Assembly (NCBI GenBank): GCA_963827235.1
Contig: CAWHAE010000018.1
Span: forward strand, 192,001-256,000
DNA: 64,000 nucleotides
DNA from: an uncultured bacterium
Lineage (GTDB): Bacteria; Chloroflexota; UBA5177; JANWHV01
Reading direction: 5' to 3'
Positions 30,478 through 41,388 of the stretch are shown in pieces; within the stretch, counting starts at the first letter, position 1; each line of letters opens with the position of its first letter. Below the pieces are notes generated by a model. That model saw only the letters and a program-made list of their open reading frames with translations. It had not been told where the DNA came from and did no database searches. The position numbers and the translations under genes were made by a program.

Positions 30478-31071
30478 ATGGCCTCCAGGTCCGCAGTTTT
30501 GGGTCGTCAGTTGAGCGTCGGTGTGGTTCTATTCGATGCGACGCACTCACGGGTGTTTGCCATACGCGGGCTGATCATTGAGGATGCGCGCGAACTCATG
30601 GTGTCCGCGGAGGGCACCGGGATTAAACGCTCCAGAAGCGGAAAGCCCACCTTTGCGCCCGAGTGGCTTCGCCACCGTGCCTGCTACACGGCGCAGCTGG
30701 CGGCTGGGCTGCACGAGACCTGGCACTTCGACGCATTGCTGATTGCCGGGCCGCGCACGGCAGTCGCCCTGCTCCACGAGAGCTGGCCGGCCGGACTCGC
30801 CGCGTGCCCGATCACCGCTCTCAGGCTGGCCGTGACGGCCGGAGAGAGCGCCATAATCGGGGCTACTCTGGCCGCGATGCCGCGTGTTGCGCGCCGCTGG
30901 GAGCGCGTTTTGCGCGCCCGAGCGGTACAGGCCGCGACCGCGCCACCGGTCCACACGGGCAAGCCGTTCTCGCCGGCCGTGCCGTTGGCCGCCCTGCGGT
31001 TGCCGAACTCGGCCCTTGCGGCCGCCGCAGCGTCTGCCGGCGCCCCTCAGCTCCACCTGGCCGCCGTCTGA
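30478..31071 (+). CDS. Truncated aeRF1-like (baeRF/host-attachment-like) domain protein, paralog 1
   Basis: AGGAG RBS; VVLFDATHSRVF..IEDARE and FDALLIAGP...LAVTAGESAII resemble the central domain of bacterial aeRF1 homologs; clear paralog at 41920. Confidence 0.6.
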   Translation: MASRSAVLGRQLSVGVVLFDATHSRVFAIRGLIIEDARELMVSAEGTGIKRSRSGKPTFAPEWLRHRACYTAQLAAGLHETWHFDALLIAGPRTAVALLHESWPAGLAACPITALRLAVTAGESAIIGATLAAMPRVARRWERVLRARAVQAATAPPVHTGKPFSPAVPLAALRLPNSALAAAAASAGAPQLHLAAV

Positions 31072-31220
31072 CCGAAGGACCGGCTACCGAGTCCGCGTGA
31101 GTCACCGGCGCCGGCCGCTAGACGCCGGAAGCTCTGAGCCTCGTTGCGCGTCCGTGCACGCCGGCGTATGATGGCTTGAGGTGTTTGGCTGCCGGAGCGG
31201 GCCTGCAAGTCCTCTGAGGA

Positions 31221-32150
31221 ATGATGATGGCCACGTACGAGTATCAGCCCATCCGCTATCACCTGACGCTCGGGTCCCACGATCCGGTTCTTCATCTGGC
31301 GGACGGCGACACGGTGGTCACTTCCACGGTCGACGCGGAGGGGTTCGACGCCCGCGGCGTTCAAGTGAGCCCGCCCAGCAATCCGCAGACCGGGCCGTTC
31401 TTCGTTGAAGGGGCCGAGCCGGGCGACACGCTCGCCGTGCACATCGACCGGATCATTCCCAACCGTGCCACCGGCTATTGCTCCACGGTGCTCGCCGCCA
31501 ACGTGCTCGATCCGGAGGCGGTGTGCGAGTTTCCCCGCGAATCGCCACGTGCCGAGTGGCTGCTCGACGTCACGGCCGGTATGGCAACGCTCGCCGGCCC
31601 GGAGAAGCGGCGTGGCGCCCTGCGTCTGCCGCTGGCACCCATGCTCGGCTGTTTCGGCGTGGCTCCGGCGCGGGGGCAGGCGATATCCACCGCCACATCC
31701 GGCACCCACGGCGGCAACATGGACTACCGCGGCTTCGGCGCCGGGGTGACGGCGTACTTTCCGGTCTTCGTCCCCGGCGCGCTGTTTCACCTCGGCGATG
31801 GGCACGCCGTGCAAGGCGACGGCGAGATACTCGGCACCGGGATCGAGACGTCCATGCACGTCCAGTTCACCGTGCGCGTGCTCAAGGGGAAACACATCGA
31901 GTGGCCTCGCGGCGAGGACGAGCAGTTCATCTTCACGGTGGGCAACGCCCGGCCGCTGGACCAGGCGCTGCAGCACGCCACCACCGAGATGGCGCGCTGG
32001 CTCTCGCTGGCCGTCGCACCCGATCCGCTGGACGCGCGCCTCCTGATGGGCATGTGCGTGCGCTACGAGGTCGGCAACGTGTTCGATCCGGCCTACACGG
32101 TCGTCTGCAAGATGGCCAGGCAGATGCTGCCCGGCTACTCCGCCACCTGA
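31221..32150 (+). CDS. Acetamidase/formamidase family protein
   Basis: NPQTGPFFVEGAEPGD, HGGNMD, LGDGHAVQGDGE..GTGIE motifs. Confidence 0.92.
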   Translation: MMMATYEYQPIRYHLTLGSHDPVLHLADGDTVVTSTVDAEGFDARGVQVSPPSNPQTGPFFVEGAEPGDTLAVHIDRIIPNRATGYCSTVLAANVLDPEAVCEFPRESPRAEWLLDVTAGMATLAGPEKRRGALRLPLAPMLGCFGVAPARGQAISTATSGTHGGNMDYRGFGAGVTAYFPVFVPGALFHLGDGHAVQGDGEILGTGIETSMHVQFTVRVLKGKHIEWPRGEDEQFIFTVGNARPLDQALQHATTEMARWLSLAVAPDPLDARLLMGMCVRYEVGNVFDPAYTVVCKMARQMLPGYSAT

Positions 32151-32577
32151 GCACGGGATCTACCATCCGTCACGGTTTAGGCACGGATCGTCGCGTCTGC
32201 CGTAGGAATCGATCTTTACGGTCTGTAAATCCCGCTACAGACTGTGCGCTCTGTATGTCACGATGCTGTTCTATGCGCATGCCCATGGTATGGTGCAGTT
32301 GCACGTGATCGCAGTGAGGCGGGAACGGGCACGAGGGCGTCGTACGGGCAAGCGGAGTCGCTGGTGAGAACGGACGGCACGGATCCGCCAAGCTTCTAGA
32401 AGCCGGCTGCGCAGGCGGTGGGGATAGTTCGCCGCGCGCACTTCCACGCCGAACGGCGTGGAAGTGCCTGATCATAGCCGGCAGTAGCCGGGAGCCGCGG
32501 TGGCGTGTGCCTGCTCATCCGCGTCGATTTGCTTGCTCGACCTTCGCTAGGAATCTAGTCTCAGGAGGTTCGAGCTG

Positions 32578-34758
32578 GTGCGATCTCTTACACGTTGGGT
32601 GCTCGCCCACAAGGCGTTCGTGATCGTGGTGTGGGTGGTTCTGGCCGTGGTCGGTTTCGCTACCGCGGGGAAGGCCACAAACGCTCTCTCACAGTCCTTC
32701 GCCCTGCCGGGCAAGGAGGGCTACGACGTCAGCCAACAAATAGCACGCGTCTACGGCAGCGGCGGCACGAGTGATCCCGTGGTCGCCGTGGTCACGCTGC
32801 CCCGCGGCGTGACCGTCGACAGTCCCGGCATACGCCGGGACCTGGCCGCGTCGTTCGCGAGCATGGCGGCTGCCGTGCCCCACTCGCGGATGGAGTCCTG
32901 GACCACGACGTCCAGCAACGCCTTCGTCTCCGCCGATCGCCAGACCACCTTCGCCCTGATCTACGGCTCCGTGCCGCCCGGCTTCGGCACCGTACCGTGG
33001 CTGAGCGGTCTGCAGGCAATCGCGGCACGGCAACACGTCGCCGGCGCACCGTTCCATCTCACCGGTCAGGAGCTTCTGCGTACCAGTACCAGCGGCAACA
33101 GCGGACCGGGCGTGCTGACCGAAGCGCTGATCGGCGGACTCGGCGCCTTGATCGTCTTGGCCTTCGTCTTCGGCTCGTTCCTGGCCATCATACCCCTGCT
33201 CATGGCGGTCGTGGCCATACCCACCACCTTCCTGCTCGTCTGGGGACTGGCCACCGCGACCGACGTCAGCTTCATCGTGCAATACCTGATCTCGCTGATC
33301 GGCCTGGGCGTGGCCATCGACTACTCCCTGCTCCTCGTGCTTCGCTGGCGCGAGGAACGCCTGCATGGACTGGCCGGTGACGAAGCCGTGCAGCGAGCCA
33401 TGGAGACGTCGGGCGCGGCGGTGGTATTCAGCGGCACGACGGTCGCCGTCGGCCTGCTGGCGCTGGTCGCCTTGCCTGTACCCTTCCTGCGCAGTATCGG
33501 CTACGGCGGCATGCTGATACCGTTGGTCAGCGTCACCGTGGCCATCACGCTGTTGCCGGCGCTGCTGGCCACCATCGGCACCGGGCTCGACAGACCGCGA
33601 CGCCACCGCTCCGAGCAGGCCAGCCCCTTCTGGTCGGCATGGGCCCGCCTGATCGTGCGGCGCCGGTGGATCGCCACTGCCCTGGCCGTGGCCATCCTGG
33701 CAGTGCTGGTAGTGCCGCTATCCCGCATCGTAGTGGGCGATCCGTCGGCGGACTCGCTGGCGAAGGGCGGCGACGCGCACGCGGGACTGGTAGCGCTCGA
33801 GCGCGCCGGCATCGGGCCGGGCGCTCTGGACACCATCGAGGTCCTGGCACCGCGCTCGGGCGTGCAACCGGCGCTGGCCGCCCTGCGAGGCATCCCGGGC
33901 ACTCGCGGAGCCGTGGCCCCGGATGGACCCGCTTGGCGACGCGACGGCACGGCGCTGCTCTCAGTGGTGCTGAGCTCCGACGGCAGCACGTCCGCCGGCA
34001 GGTCGGCCATCGACCGCGTGCGCACGGCTGCGCATAGCGTGCCCGGCGTACGCATCGGCGGCAACGCCGCCTACAACCAGGATTTCGTTTCTGCCGTCTA
34101 CGGGAACTTTCCCCTCATGCTGGCGCTGATCGTGGTGGCGACTTTCGTGCTGCTCACGCGCGCCTTCCGCTCGCTCCTGCTGCCGTTGAAGGCGGTGGTG
34201 CTGAACCTCGTCTCGCTGGGTGCCGCCTGGGGTGTGCTGGTCCTCGTCTGGCAGGACGGGCATGGCTCGAGCCTGATCTGGGGTATTCCCGCCACCGCGT
34301 CCATCACCAGCTGGATCCCAGTCATGGTCTTTGCCTTCCTGTACGGCCTCTCCATGGACTACGAGGTGTTCATTCTCTCCCGAATCCGCGAGGAATACGA
34401 CCGCTCCGGCGGCACGACCGGGGCAGTCGTGGAGGGTGTCGGGCGCACCGGCCGCCTGGTGACCAGTGCGGCGATCATCCTCTTCCTCGCTTTCGTGTCC
34501 CTGGGCTCCAGCCCCGGCACGGAGATCAAGATCCTGGCGACGGGTCTGGCAGTGGGCATCCTGCTCGACGCCACTGTGATTCGCATGCTGCTCGTGCCCG
34601 CCCTGCTCTCGCTGTTCGGGCGCTGGAACTGGTGGCTGCCCGCCGGCGTGGCCAACGTGCTGCGCGTGCAGCCCTCGCCGCTGGCGCCGCGTTGGGCCAG
34701 CGTGCCGGCGGCTGCCTCCGCCGAGTCCGAGGGGGACAGGGAAGAGCGCACCGCCTAG
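32578..34758 (+). CDS. MMPL family (RND) transporter
   Basis: GLGVAIDYSLL..RWREE and GLSMDYEVFILSRIREE, LLDATVIRMLLVPA motifs; AGGAGG RBS. Confidence 0.94.
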   Translation: MRSLTRWVLAHKAFVIVVWVVLAVVGFATAGKATNALSQSFALPGKEGYDVSQQIARVYGSGGTSDPVVAVVTLPRGVTVDSPGIRRDLAASFASMAAAVPHSRMESWTTTSSNAFVSADRQTTFALIYGSVPPGFGTVPWLSGLQAIAARQHVAGAPFHLTGQELLRTSTSGNSGPGVLTEALIGGLGALIVLAFVFGSFLAIIPLLMAVVAIPTTFLLVWGLATATDVSFIVQYLISLIGLGVAIDYSLLLVLRWREERLHGLAGDEAVQRAMETSGAAVVFSGTTVAVGLLALVALPVPFLRSIGYGGMLIPLVSVTVAITLLPALLATIGTGLDRPRRHRSEQASPFWSAWARLIVRRRWIATALAVAILAVLVVPLSRIVVGDPSADSLAKGGDAHAGLVALERAGIGPGALDTIEVLAPRSGVQPALAALRGIPGTRGAVAPDGPAWRRDGTALLSVVLSSDGSTSAGRSAIDRVRTAAHSVPGVRIGGNAAYNQDFVSAVYGNFPLMLALIVVATFVLLTRAFRSLLLPLKAVVLNLVSLGAAWGVLVLVWQDGHGSSLIWGIPATASITSWIPVMVFAFLYGLSMDYEVFILSRIREEYDRSGGTTGAVVEGVGRTGRLVTSAAIILFLAFVSLGSSPGTEIKILATGLAVGILLDATVIRMLLVPALLSLFGRWNWWLPAGVANVLRVQPSPLAPRWASVPAAASAESEGDREERTA

Positions 34759-36042
34759 CCGGCGCAGGCGCTGCCTGCGCCGCTGGCCGCGAAATCTGCC
34801 GGGCCCGGCCCAAACTGCCGGGCCCGGTCGGTTCCGCGGCACGATCCGCTCGACCTCGTCCAGTCTGCCCTGCACCGCGTGAGTCGCGCCCCGCGGCTGC
34901 AAGTACTGTGGGTTCTTGAGACCGGTGCCGGTGACCAGCACGACGATGTGCTCGCCGCGCGCCAGGAGCCCGCTGGATAGCGCCGCCTCGAGACCCGCGT
35001 ACGCGGTGGCGCCGGCAGGCTCGGCCAGGATCCCTCCACGCGCGGCCAGCGTCCCGATCGCCTGCAGCATCGAGGCGTCGGAGACGGCGACGAAGCCACC
35101 CCCGGTCTCGCGGACGTCCCGGAGCGCCATGGGCCCGCCGAACGGAGCACCCACCGCGATGCCGTCGGCGATGGTGTCCGGCTCGACGGGGATGAGTGCA
35201 GCTCCTCTGTGCCAGGCGCGAGAGATCGGCTGGCAGCCCTCTGCTTGCACGCCGATCACTCGGGGTAGCCGCCCGGCTGCGCCGCAGGCGCGCAGCTCGC
35301 GAAATCCCTTCACCAGCGCGCACATCGTAACGCCGTCGCCCACCGGCGCCACCACGGCATCCGGCAGCTCTCGGCCGAGCTGCTCCCAGATCTCCAGGGC
35401 TACCGTCTTCTTCGCTTCCAGGGTGAGCGGATTGACGCCGGTGTTGCGGTCGTGCCAGCCGAAGACTCGCGCCGCCTGCCGCGAGAGGTTGAACGCCGCC
35501 TCGTAGCCGTTTCTGACCTCGATCACCGTGGCGCCGGCAAGCAGCATCAGGCGCAGCTTCGTGTCGCTGGTGCCTGCCGGCACGAAGAGGACGGCCCGAA
35601 GTCCCGCCGCCGCGGAGCCCACCGCCAGGGATACGGCGACGTTTCCGGTGGACGCACAGGTTACAGTCGTGGCGCCGGCCCGCAGCGCCTGCTCGAGCAC
35701 CAGCGCCGTGGCGCGATCCTTGTTCGAGCCCGTGGGCGTGCGCGTCTCATCCTTGAGCCACAGGTGAGGCAGACCCAGCTCGCCGCGAATCAGCGCCGGG
35801 GCAATCAGCGGCGTGCCGCCCACCGCTAGCGGATACCGGATCGGACCCTCGTCCACGGGCAGCAGGAGGCGATAACGCCACATGCCGTCCAGGGACACCG
35901 GCTCTGCCGGCAGAAGGTCCGGCCCATACGCATAGTGCAGCTCGATCTGGTCGCCGTCATCTTCGGTCGACCAGGGAGGACCGGACAGAGGCGCTTCGGT
36001 GCCGTCGCGACGGACGACCGTCGCCCCACTCACGATACCCAT
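34755..36042 (-). CDS. thrC: Threonine synthase-like PLP enzyme; true 3' end uncertain (frame runs on into the MMPL antisense strand)
   Basis: GGTPL, PTGSNKDR (PLP Lys), ASTGN, PVGDG, TIADGI, EPAGA, VTGTGLK; homology ends ~34830; nearest stop (34755) is in another frame. Confidence 0.8.
34760..34782. terminator. GC-rich hairpin between convergent MMPL and threonine-synthase-like genes
   Basis: CGGCGCAGGC-GCT-GCCTGCGCCG directly after the MMPL stop codon. Confidence 0.35.
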
Positions 36043-36048
36043 CGCCGT

Positions 36049-37230
36049 TCAGCCCAGCATCGCCATGAAGTTCGTGACGAGGGCGGCGTAGCCGTGCGCC
36101 GCGGCCGCGAGGTCGCCAAGATCCACGTGTTCATCCGGCCGGTGGGCGAGGCGCTCGTCCCGGGTCCAAAGCCAACCGTGCGGATGCCCATGCCCGCGGT
36201 GCCGCTGCCGTTGGTACAGAAGGCGTAGTGCGTGGTTCGCGGCTCGATGCCCGCCTCGCGCATGGCCCGCAGCGCGCGCTGCACGATCGCGTCCCCCTCG
36301 GGGACATACCAGGCGTCGGCGAAGTTACGGCCGGTGACGCGCGCCCCCGTGTAGGTAGTGAAGTCGTCCTCGGCGATGCACACGCTGCCGTGCGCCCCGC
36401 TCTCCGCCACCGCAACCTCCACGCACCGCGCGATCGGCGCCAGCACGCCGTCGGCCGTCTCGCCGGGCAACGTGCGGCGGTCGAACGTGGCGACGCAGTG
36501 GTTGGGCACCACTGAATTGGCGGGATACGGCTCTGACATCACGTCCGTCAGCACCAGAATGCCGTCGCCGAGCGCCTCGTGATGCGGCGCTTGCAGGGTA
36601 CGTAGCGCGTACACCACGTCGACCATGGCCTGTGCCGCGTTCACACCCAGCTCGGGACGCGACGAGTGCGTCGACTCGGCCGAAGACGTCGACGCGAAGC
36701 TCGGCTCGACCGCGTTGCCCGTGGGCGATGCGCAGGCTGGTCGCTTCGCAGATGATCGCTACGTCCGGGTGCACGCGCTCGGCCACGTGAACGGTGGCAG
36801 GGCCCTCGAGCATCTCCTCGGCGATCGTGGCTGAAACGACCACTTTCCCGCGCTGCAGGCGACCGCGCAGCGAGGCGGCACCGCACAGGCACGCGGCGAG
36901 CGCTCCCTTCATGTCCATCGCTCCGCGACCATACAGGCAATCACCCACGATCTCACCTTCGGGACTGTGCGTCCAGGCCGGGCGGTCGCTCACGCCGACC
37001 GTGTCGAGATGCCCGTCCAGCAGGATGCAGGGGCCGGGGCCGGCCTCGATCGTGCCAATCACGTTGCCGAGATCGTCAACCTCCACCGTGAAGCCCAGGT
37101 CCTTCATCTCCTCCGCCACGATCCGCGCGACGGCTTCCTCCTGGCAAGACAGGCTGCGTTCCCTGATCAGCCTCAGGGCGATCTCGCCGACTCTCCGCGC
37201 GTCGCCGGCGTGGCTCACGGAATTGGACAT
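36049..37230 (-). CDS. M20 metallopeptidase, YgeY-like, with two single-base frameshifts (~36675, ~36160)
   Basis: DGHLDTV, GRGAMDMKG, AEE, GQRGRAE; then STHSSRPELGVNA, SEPYP..SVVP, DRRTL, FCTNGS; then GPG(D)ERLAHRPDE ending TGA 36049. Confidence 0.85.
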
Positions 37231-37347
37231 GGTTGCATCCCTCATGGTGTCATTTGATAAGGGTTCAGTGATCTATGCCATAATAGCGCGCGCCGCCACC
37301 CTCGGCGTGGGCCGAGGGTGGCGGCGCGATTGCGATGGATCCGGTGC

Positions 37348-38550
37348 TCAGTGGACGCGAATCAAGGCCGTGGAAATGAAGTGCTGGCTGGCCCGATTGT
37401 AGACACCCAGCGCTGTCACCACGTTATTAACCGCGATGTTGGCCACGCTGCCGGTAACCGCGGTCACTGCCGTGGTCCCGGGCGTGGCCGTCGGGCCGGC
37501 CGCGGCTCCGGCTGTGCTGGTGCCGGGCAACACGATTTTGGTGGTGCTACCGATGGGCAGAACGATCGACTGGCCCACGACGAAGGGCGACCGGCCCTGC
37601 TCGTCCTTGCGCACGGTGACCGTGATGCTCGTGGGTGAGACCGCCGTGACCACGCCAACTAGGCGGGTGTAGGCAGCCTGAATGGAAACGTCCTTGATGC
37701 TGGTGGCCGCTACACTCCCCACGCCCGTGGTCTGGCCGGTCACGTCGAGGATGTCGTTAGGGCTCAGCTCGTCCAGCGACGACTGGCCGTTGTAGCGGCG
37801 CACGATGGTGGTCGAGATCGACACGGTGACCGTGATCTGGCCGCCCGTCGTGGTCAGGCTGAGCGTCGCGGGAGGTGTCGTGCTCGACGGAAGACCGGCA
37901 AGGTATCCCTGGTAATGCACCCGGGTCGCGTGCAGAGTGATGCGAGCCACGCTGACGAAATTCCTGCTCGTACGGTCAAACACGCCGAGAGCAGTCACCT
38001 GTTCGCCGGCTACGATGCCGTTGAGACTGCCGGCTACCGTGGTGCCGTTCGCCGTCACCTGCGTGGTTGCCCCGATCGGCAGCGTGTAGGACTGGCCGGG
38101 AGCAAAGGGAGCGCGTCCCGAGCCATCCTTAAGCACGGTCACGGTAAGCGAAGGCGCCGCACCCGGGGTGGAGACGGCCGTTACCTGGCCCAGCATGCGG
38201 GTATAAGCAGCCTGAATCGACAGGTCCTTGACCCGAGTGGCCATGATCGTGTTGCCGGTTTCGATGGTGCCGGTGACCGTGAGCTGATCGTTTGCGGCAA
38301 ATTCGTCGAGCGCGGACACGCCGTTGAAGCGACGCACCAGCTTGGTGGTAGTGCTGATGTCGACGGTGTAGCTCGTACCGTTGCTCTGCAGGGTCAGCGT
38401 GGTGGGCGGGATGAGCGCCGCCGGCAATCCAACCAGGCTACCGGTGACGCTGGGTACGCGCGCGGCAAGGCTCGGACTCACGCCAGATGGAAGCAGCGTG
38501 AGCGTGCCTGCGAGGAGAGGAATGATGGCGAGGACGGCGTATCGCTTCAT
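37348..38550 (-). CDS. Secreted protein with an internal duplication of DUF5666/OB-fold-like modules
   Basis: Signal peptide MKRYAVLAIIPLL...; two ~185-aa repeats (TT.IVRR.NG.S.LDE...D.L.VTG...KD.SIQAAYTR..G.VTAVS...VTALGV..R.S..F.S); AGGAG RBS. Confidence 0.75.
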   Translation of the reverse strand: MKRYAVLAIIPLLAGTLTLLPSGVSPSLAARVPSVTGSLVGLPAALIPPTTLTLQSNGTSYTVDISTTTKLVRRFNGVSALDEFAANDQLTVTGTIETGNTIMATRVKDLSIQAAYTRMLGQVTAVSTPGAAPSLTVTVLKDGSGRAPFAPGQSYTLPIGATTQVTANGTTVAGSLNGIVAGEQVTALGVFDRTSRNFVSVARITLHATRVHYQGYLAGLPSSTTPPATLSLTTTGGQITVTVSISTTIVRRYNGQSSLDELSPNDILDVTGQTTGVGSVAATSIKDVSIQAAYTRLVGVVTAVSPTSITVTVRKDEQGRSPFVVGQSIVLPIGSTTKIVLPGTSTAGAAAGPTATPGTTAVTAVTGSVANIAVNNVVTALGVYNRASQHFISTALIRVH

Positions 38551-38734
38551 GGTTGTCTCCTTTTCCCACGCTGGCCGGAACCGGGGCGGGCATTGTTCAC
38601 CCGCTCAACGCCGGCTCAGTACCAGCATGCTTAGCATAGGCCCGATCTGTAGCGTTGCGATTGCCGAACTGTAAACGTTTCGCCGTCGGGGCGAAAGGTC
38701 GCATTTCCACAATGCCCTCGCGGCCCGGCGAGCG

Positions 38735-38746
38735 TACAATCTTGTA
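38735..38746. promoter_or_regulatory. Palindromic candidate operator overlapping a TACAAT -10 box upstream of copC/D
   Basis: TACAA-TC-TTGTA. Confidence 0.3.
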
Positions 38747-38900
38747 TGGGACGTCTTTTCTCCTCACCCGTCGTCGCGCGGACCGCCCGGACTTCGCCGG
38801 CCGCCGGTACCGGCCATCACGGCGATTTCGAGCAGGCTGCTCGGGGACCGCTAGACCATGTGGCGCTCCTCCACGAAGGCCGCGCCGGAGAACGGATTCG

Positions 38901-41114
38901 TTGCTGAACACGCTGATTGCGAGACTCGCGCTTTGCCTGGCGGGCGCCTCTGCCGTGCTGCTGCTTGCGCCCGGCATCGCCCTGGCACATGCCCACCTCG
39001 TGCGCGCGGACCTTTCGCCTGGCGGACGGCTGCTCGTGCCGGGCGGCGTGGTGCACTTCTGGTTCGACGAGCCGATCAACGCCCCGTTGTCCCCGATCGT
39101 GATCAAAGATGCTCAGGGCAGTCAGGTGACTGCCGGCCCCGGCCGACAGGATCCGGCGAACAGCGAAGAGCTCGACGTGACCGTCCCGGCACTGCCCGAT
39201 GGCCAATACAGCGTGTTCTGGACGAGCGATTCCTCCCAGGACGGGCACGTCTTGCACGGTTTCTATACGTTCACCGTGGGTGGTGCCGGCGCGCAGGCGG
39301 CCGGCTCGGGATCGGGCATGGTCGCCGTGGTCCGGCCCACGCTCGATTCCACGGATCTGGTCCTTGCTCTGGCGCACTGGCTGGTGCTGGTGGGATCGAC
39401 CATTTGGACGGGAGCCCTGGCCTTTGAGCTCCTGGTCCTCCGTCCGGCGCGCTTTCACGCCCGCGGCGCGATAGCAGCCCTTTCAGGCCGCGCCTCCGAG
39501 CACCTGATCGCCGTCGTTCAGCTCGGCCTCCTTGCCGCGCTGCTGGCGAGCGTCGCCGAGATCGAGGCACAGTCGTATGCCGGCGGGGGCACGATCGCGT
39601 CCCTTTCCGTGATTCGCGACATCCTGCATTCGCACTACGGAGCGATGTGGCTCGTGCGACTGGCGCTGCTGTTCCTTGTCCAGGTTGCGCTCATGTTCGT
39701 GCCCACCACGCCCGCGGGCAGGCTCGATGTGCGAGCGTCGGCATGGCCGGCCATGCTCTGGCTTCCCGTTGCCGGCCTGCTGGGCTCGCTCTACCTGGTA
39801 GGGGTGGCTATGTCCGGGCACGCCGACGCGGTGATGCAAATGGTTGCCACCTCGGTACTTCTGGACTGGCTGCACCTGCTCGCCAACTCGCTCTGGGTAG
39901 GAGGCATGGCCGCCATTGCCCTCGCCCTCGTTCCGGCGTTCCATGCTGCCGTGAAGGAAAGCACCGGAAACGGCAATGACTCGCGGCTCGCCTTTCTGGT
40001 CATCCTCTCCCGCTATTCGCCGGTTGCCCTGGCGGCAGTGCCGACCGCCATGGTCACCGGCACGTTCAACGCCCAGGTCCACCTCGACAGCCATGACGCC
40101 TTCTTCAACTCCCAGTACGGCCGATTTCTGATCGCCAAGCTGGTGCTCGTCGGCCTGCTCCTGACCATCAGCGCTTCGCACGTGCTCGTCACCCGCCCCC
40201 ACCTGATGGCCACGCTGGCCGATCGCCGTACCGGCTCGCTTACCGCGGGCTTCGCCTCGCTCACCCGCCGCCTCGCAATCGAGCCGCTGCTGGGTGCCGG
40301 AATCCTGCTCTGCGTCGCACTCATGGGAGAGGTAGCGCCGGCGGTCACCGTGTTCTCTGCCACGTCCGCGGCATCGCCTGTCCGTCCGGCGGCTGCGTCC
40401 CCCGCGGCAGACTCAACACCGGTGGGCCGGAGCAGCATCAACGACAGTGCGCGCAAAGGGCTGCTCGACGTCTCGCTGGTGGTCAGCCCGCCGGCCGTCG
40501 GGCGTGCCCGTCTGTTTGCCGTCGTGCTCGAGCGCGGTAAGGTGGTGACCGATGGCCAGGTGCGCATCAAGCTCTCCATGCCGGGCAACGGTTCGATCGG
40601 TGCCGTATTCTCGGAGACCACGCCGTCCGACGGCGGCTACGCCGGAACGGGTGACCTGGTCCAACAGGGCCGCTGGCAGGCCGACGTCCTGGTGCGCACG
40701 CATAGCGATCCAGGGGAGTACCGCGACGTGCCGTTCGAGTTGCTCGTGGGACCGGGCGCAGGCTTCCTGCCCATGGGCTTCGACCCGTCGGCGATCCGGG
40801 TCACGATCAACCCGGGCCGTCTCAACCTGGCCAACACCCTGACGCTCTCCAGCTTGAAGGCCGCCGCGGTGCGGATCTCGTCGGCATCATTGGACATGGA
40901 CATGGGCAGCGAGATCGTCGATGCGGCGCCGCTCGGTGGCGGTCGCTGGCGGGTCGCCGGAATGTACGCGCCGATGGAAGGACGCTGGGGCTTGACCGTA
41001 CAGATCAAGGTCGGCGACTCCTGGACCTCCGTCCGTACCTTCGTATACCAGGTGCCCTTCAGCGGGCCCATGCGCCTGCTGACCGGGACACCAGCGGCGG
41101 CGCCGGCGGCATAG
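38901..41114 (+). CDS. Copper resistance/uptake CopC-CopD fusion with C-terminal YtkA/FixH-like domains
   Basis: Signal peptide then AHAHLV...SQDGH (CopC); SGHA, DWLHLLA..LWVGG, YGRFLIAK (CopD); MDMG metal motif; start TTG 38901 after GGAG. Confidence 0.88.
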   Translation: MLNTLIARLALCLAGASAVLLLAPGIALAHAHLVRADLSPGGRLLVPGGVVHFWFDEPINAPLSPIVIKDAQGSQVTAGPGRQDPANSEELDVTVPALPDGQYSVFWTSDSSQDGHVLHGFYTFTVGGAGAQAAGSGSGMVAVVRPTLDSTDLVLALAHWLVLVGSTIWTGALAFELLVLRPARFHARGAIAALSGRASEHLIAVVQLGLLAALLASVAEIEAQSYAGGGTIASLSVIRDILHSHYGAMWLVRLALLFLVQVALMFVPTTPAGRLDVRASAWPAMLWLPVAGLLGSLYLVGVAMSGHADAVMQMVATSVLLDWLHLLANSLWVGGMAAIALALVPAFHAAVKESTGNGNDSRLAFLVILSRYSPVALAAVPTAMVTGTFNAQVHLDSHDAFFNSQYGRFLIAKLVLVGLLLTISASHVLVTRPHLMATLADRRTGSLTAGFASLTRRLAIEPLLGAGILLCVALMGEVAPAVTVFSATSAASPVRPAAASPAADSTPVGRSSINDSARKGLLDVSLVVSPPAVGRARLFAVVLERGKVVTDGQVRIKLSMPGNGSIGAVFSETTPSDGGYAGTGDLVQQGRWQADVLVRTHSDPGEYRDVPFELLVGPGAGFLPMGFDPSAIRVTINPGRLNLANTLTLSSLKAAAVRISSASLDMDMGSEIVDAAPLGGGRWRVAGMYAPMEGRWGLTVQIKVGDSWTSVRTFVYQVPFSGPMRLLTGTPAAAPAA

Positions 41115-41388
41115 GCCGGGCCGGGCCATGTCTGGTGCACCTTGACCCGCGCGCCTGGGGCCAAACGGCACTGTTTCGCAGGCGCCGCGGAACGCACTAT
41201 CTTGGATAGGGGCACTGAGCCTTCGGCAACTCGCGGTCGGCTCTGCTCGGCCGGTCCCTTCCAGGCGGCAGGTCTCGCAGGCCGCCGGGAACGTGCGAAG
41301 GCGGACTGGGGTAGCGGCCCATCCGTCGAGTCCTGATACACAGTCAAGATAGCCGGGTTCGACGACGAATACCGGTCGAGATGAAACG

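Noticed and set aside
32215-32229. TTTAC-N5-GTAAA palindrome upstream of MMPL
   Set aside because: About 350 nt from the start codon, no adjacent regulator, could be chance
33961-34754. Apparent 270-aa C-terminal extension of the threonine synthase-like ORF overlapping MMPL
   Set aside because: Antisense read-through in GC-rich DNA; homology ends ~34830 and a stop in a neighbouring frame lies at 34755
37245-37265. CTTATCAA on the minus strand upstream of the YgeY-like gene, resembling the start of a SAM-I riboswitch
   Set aside because: Only ~30 nt to the start codon, so no room for the aptamer
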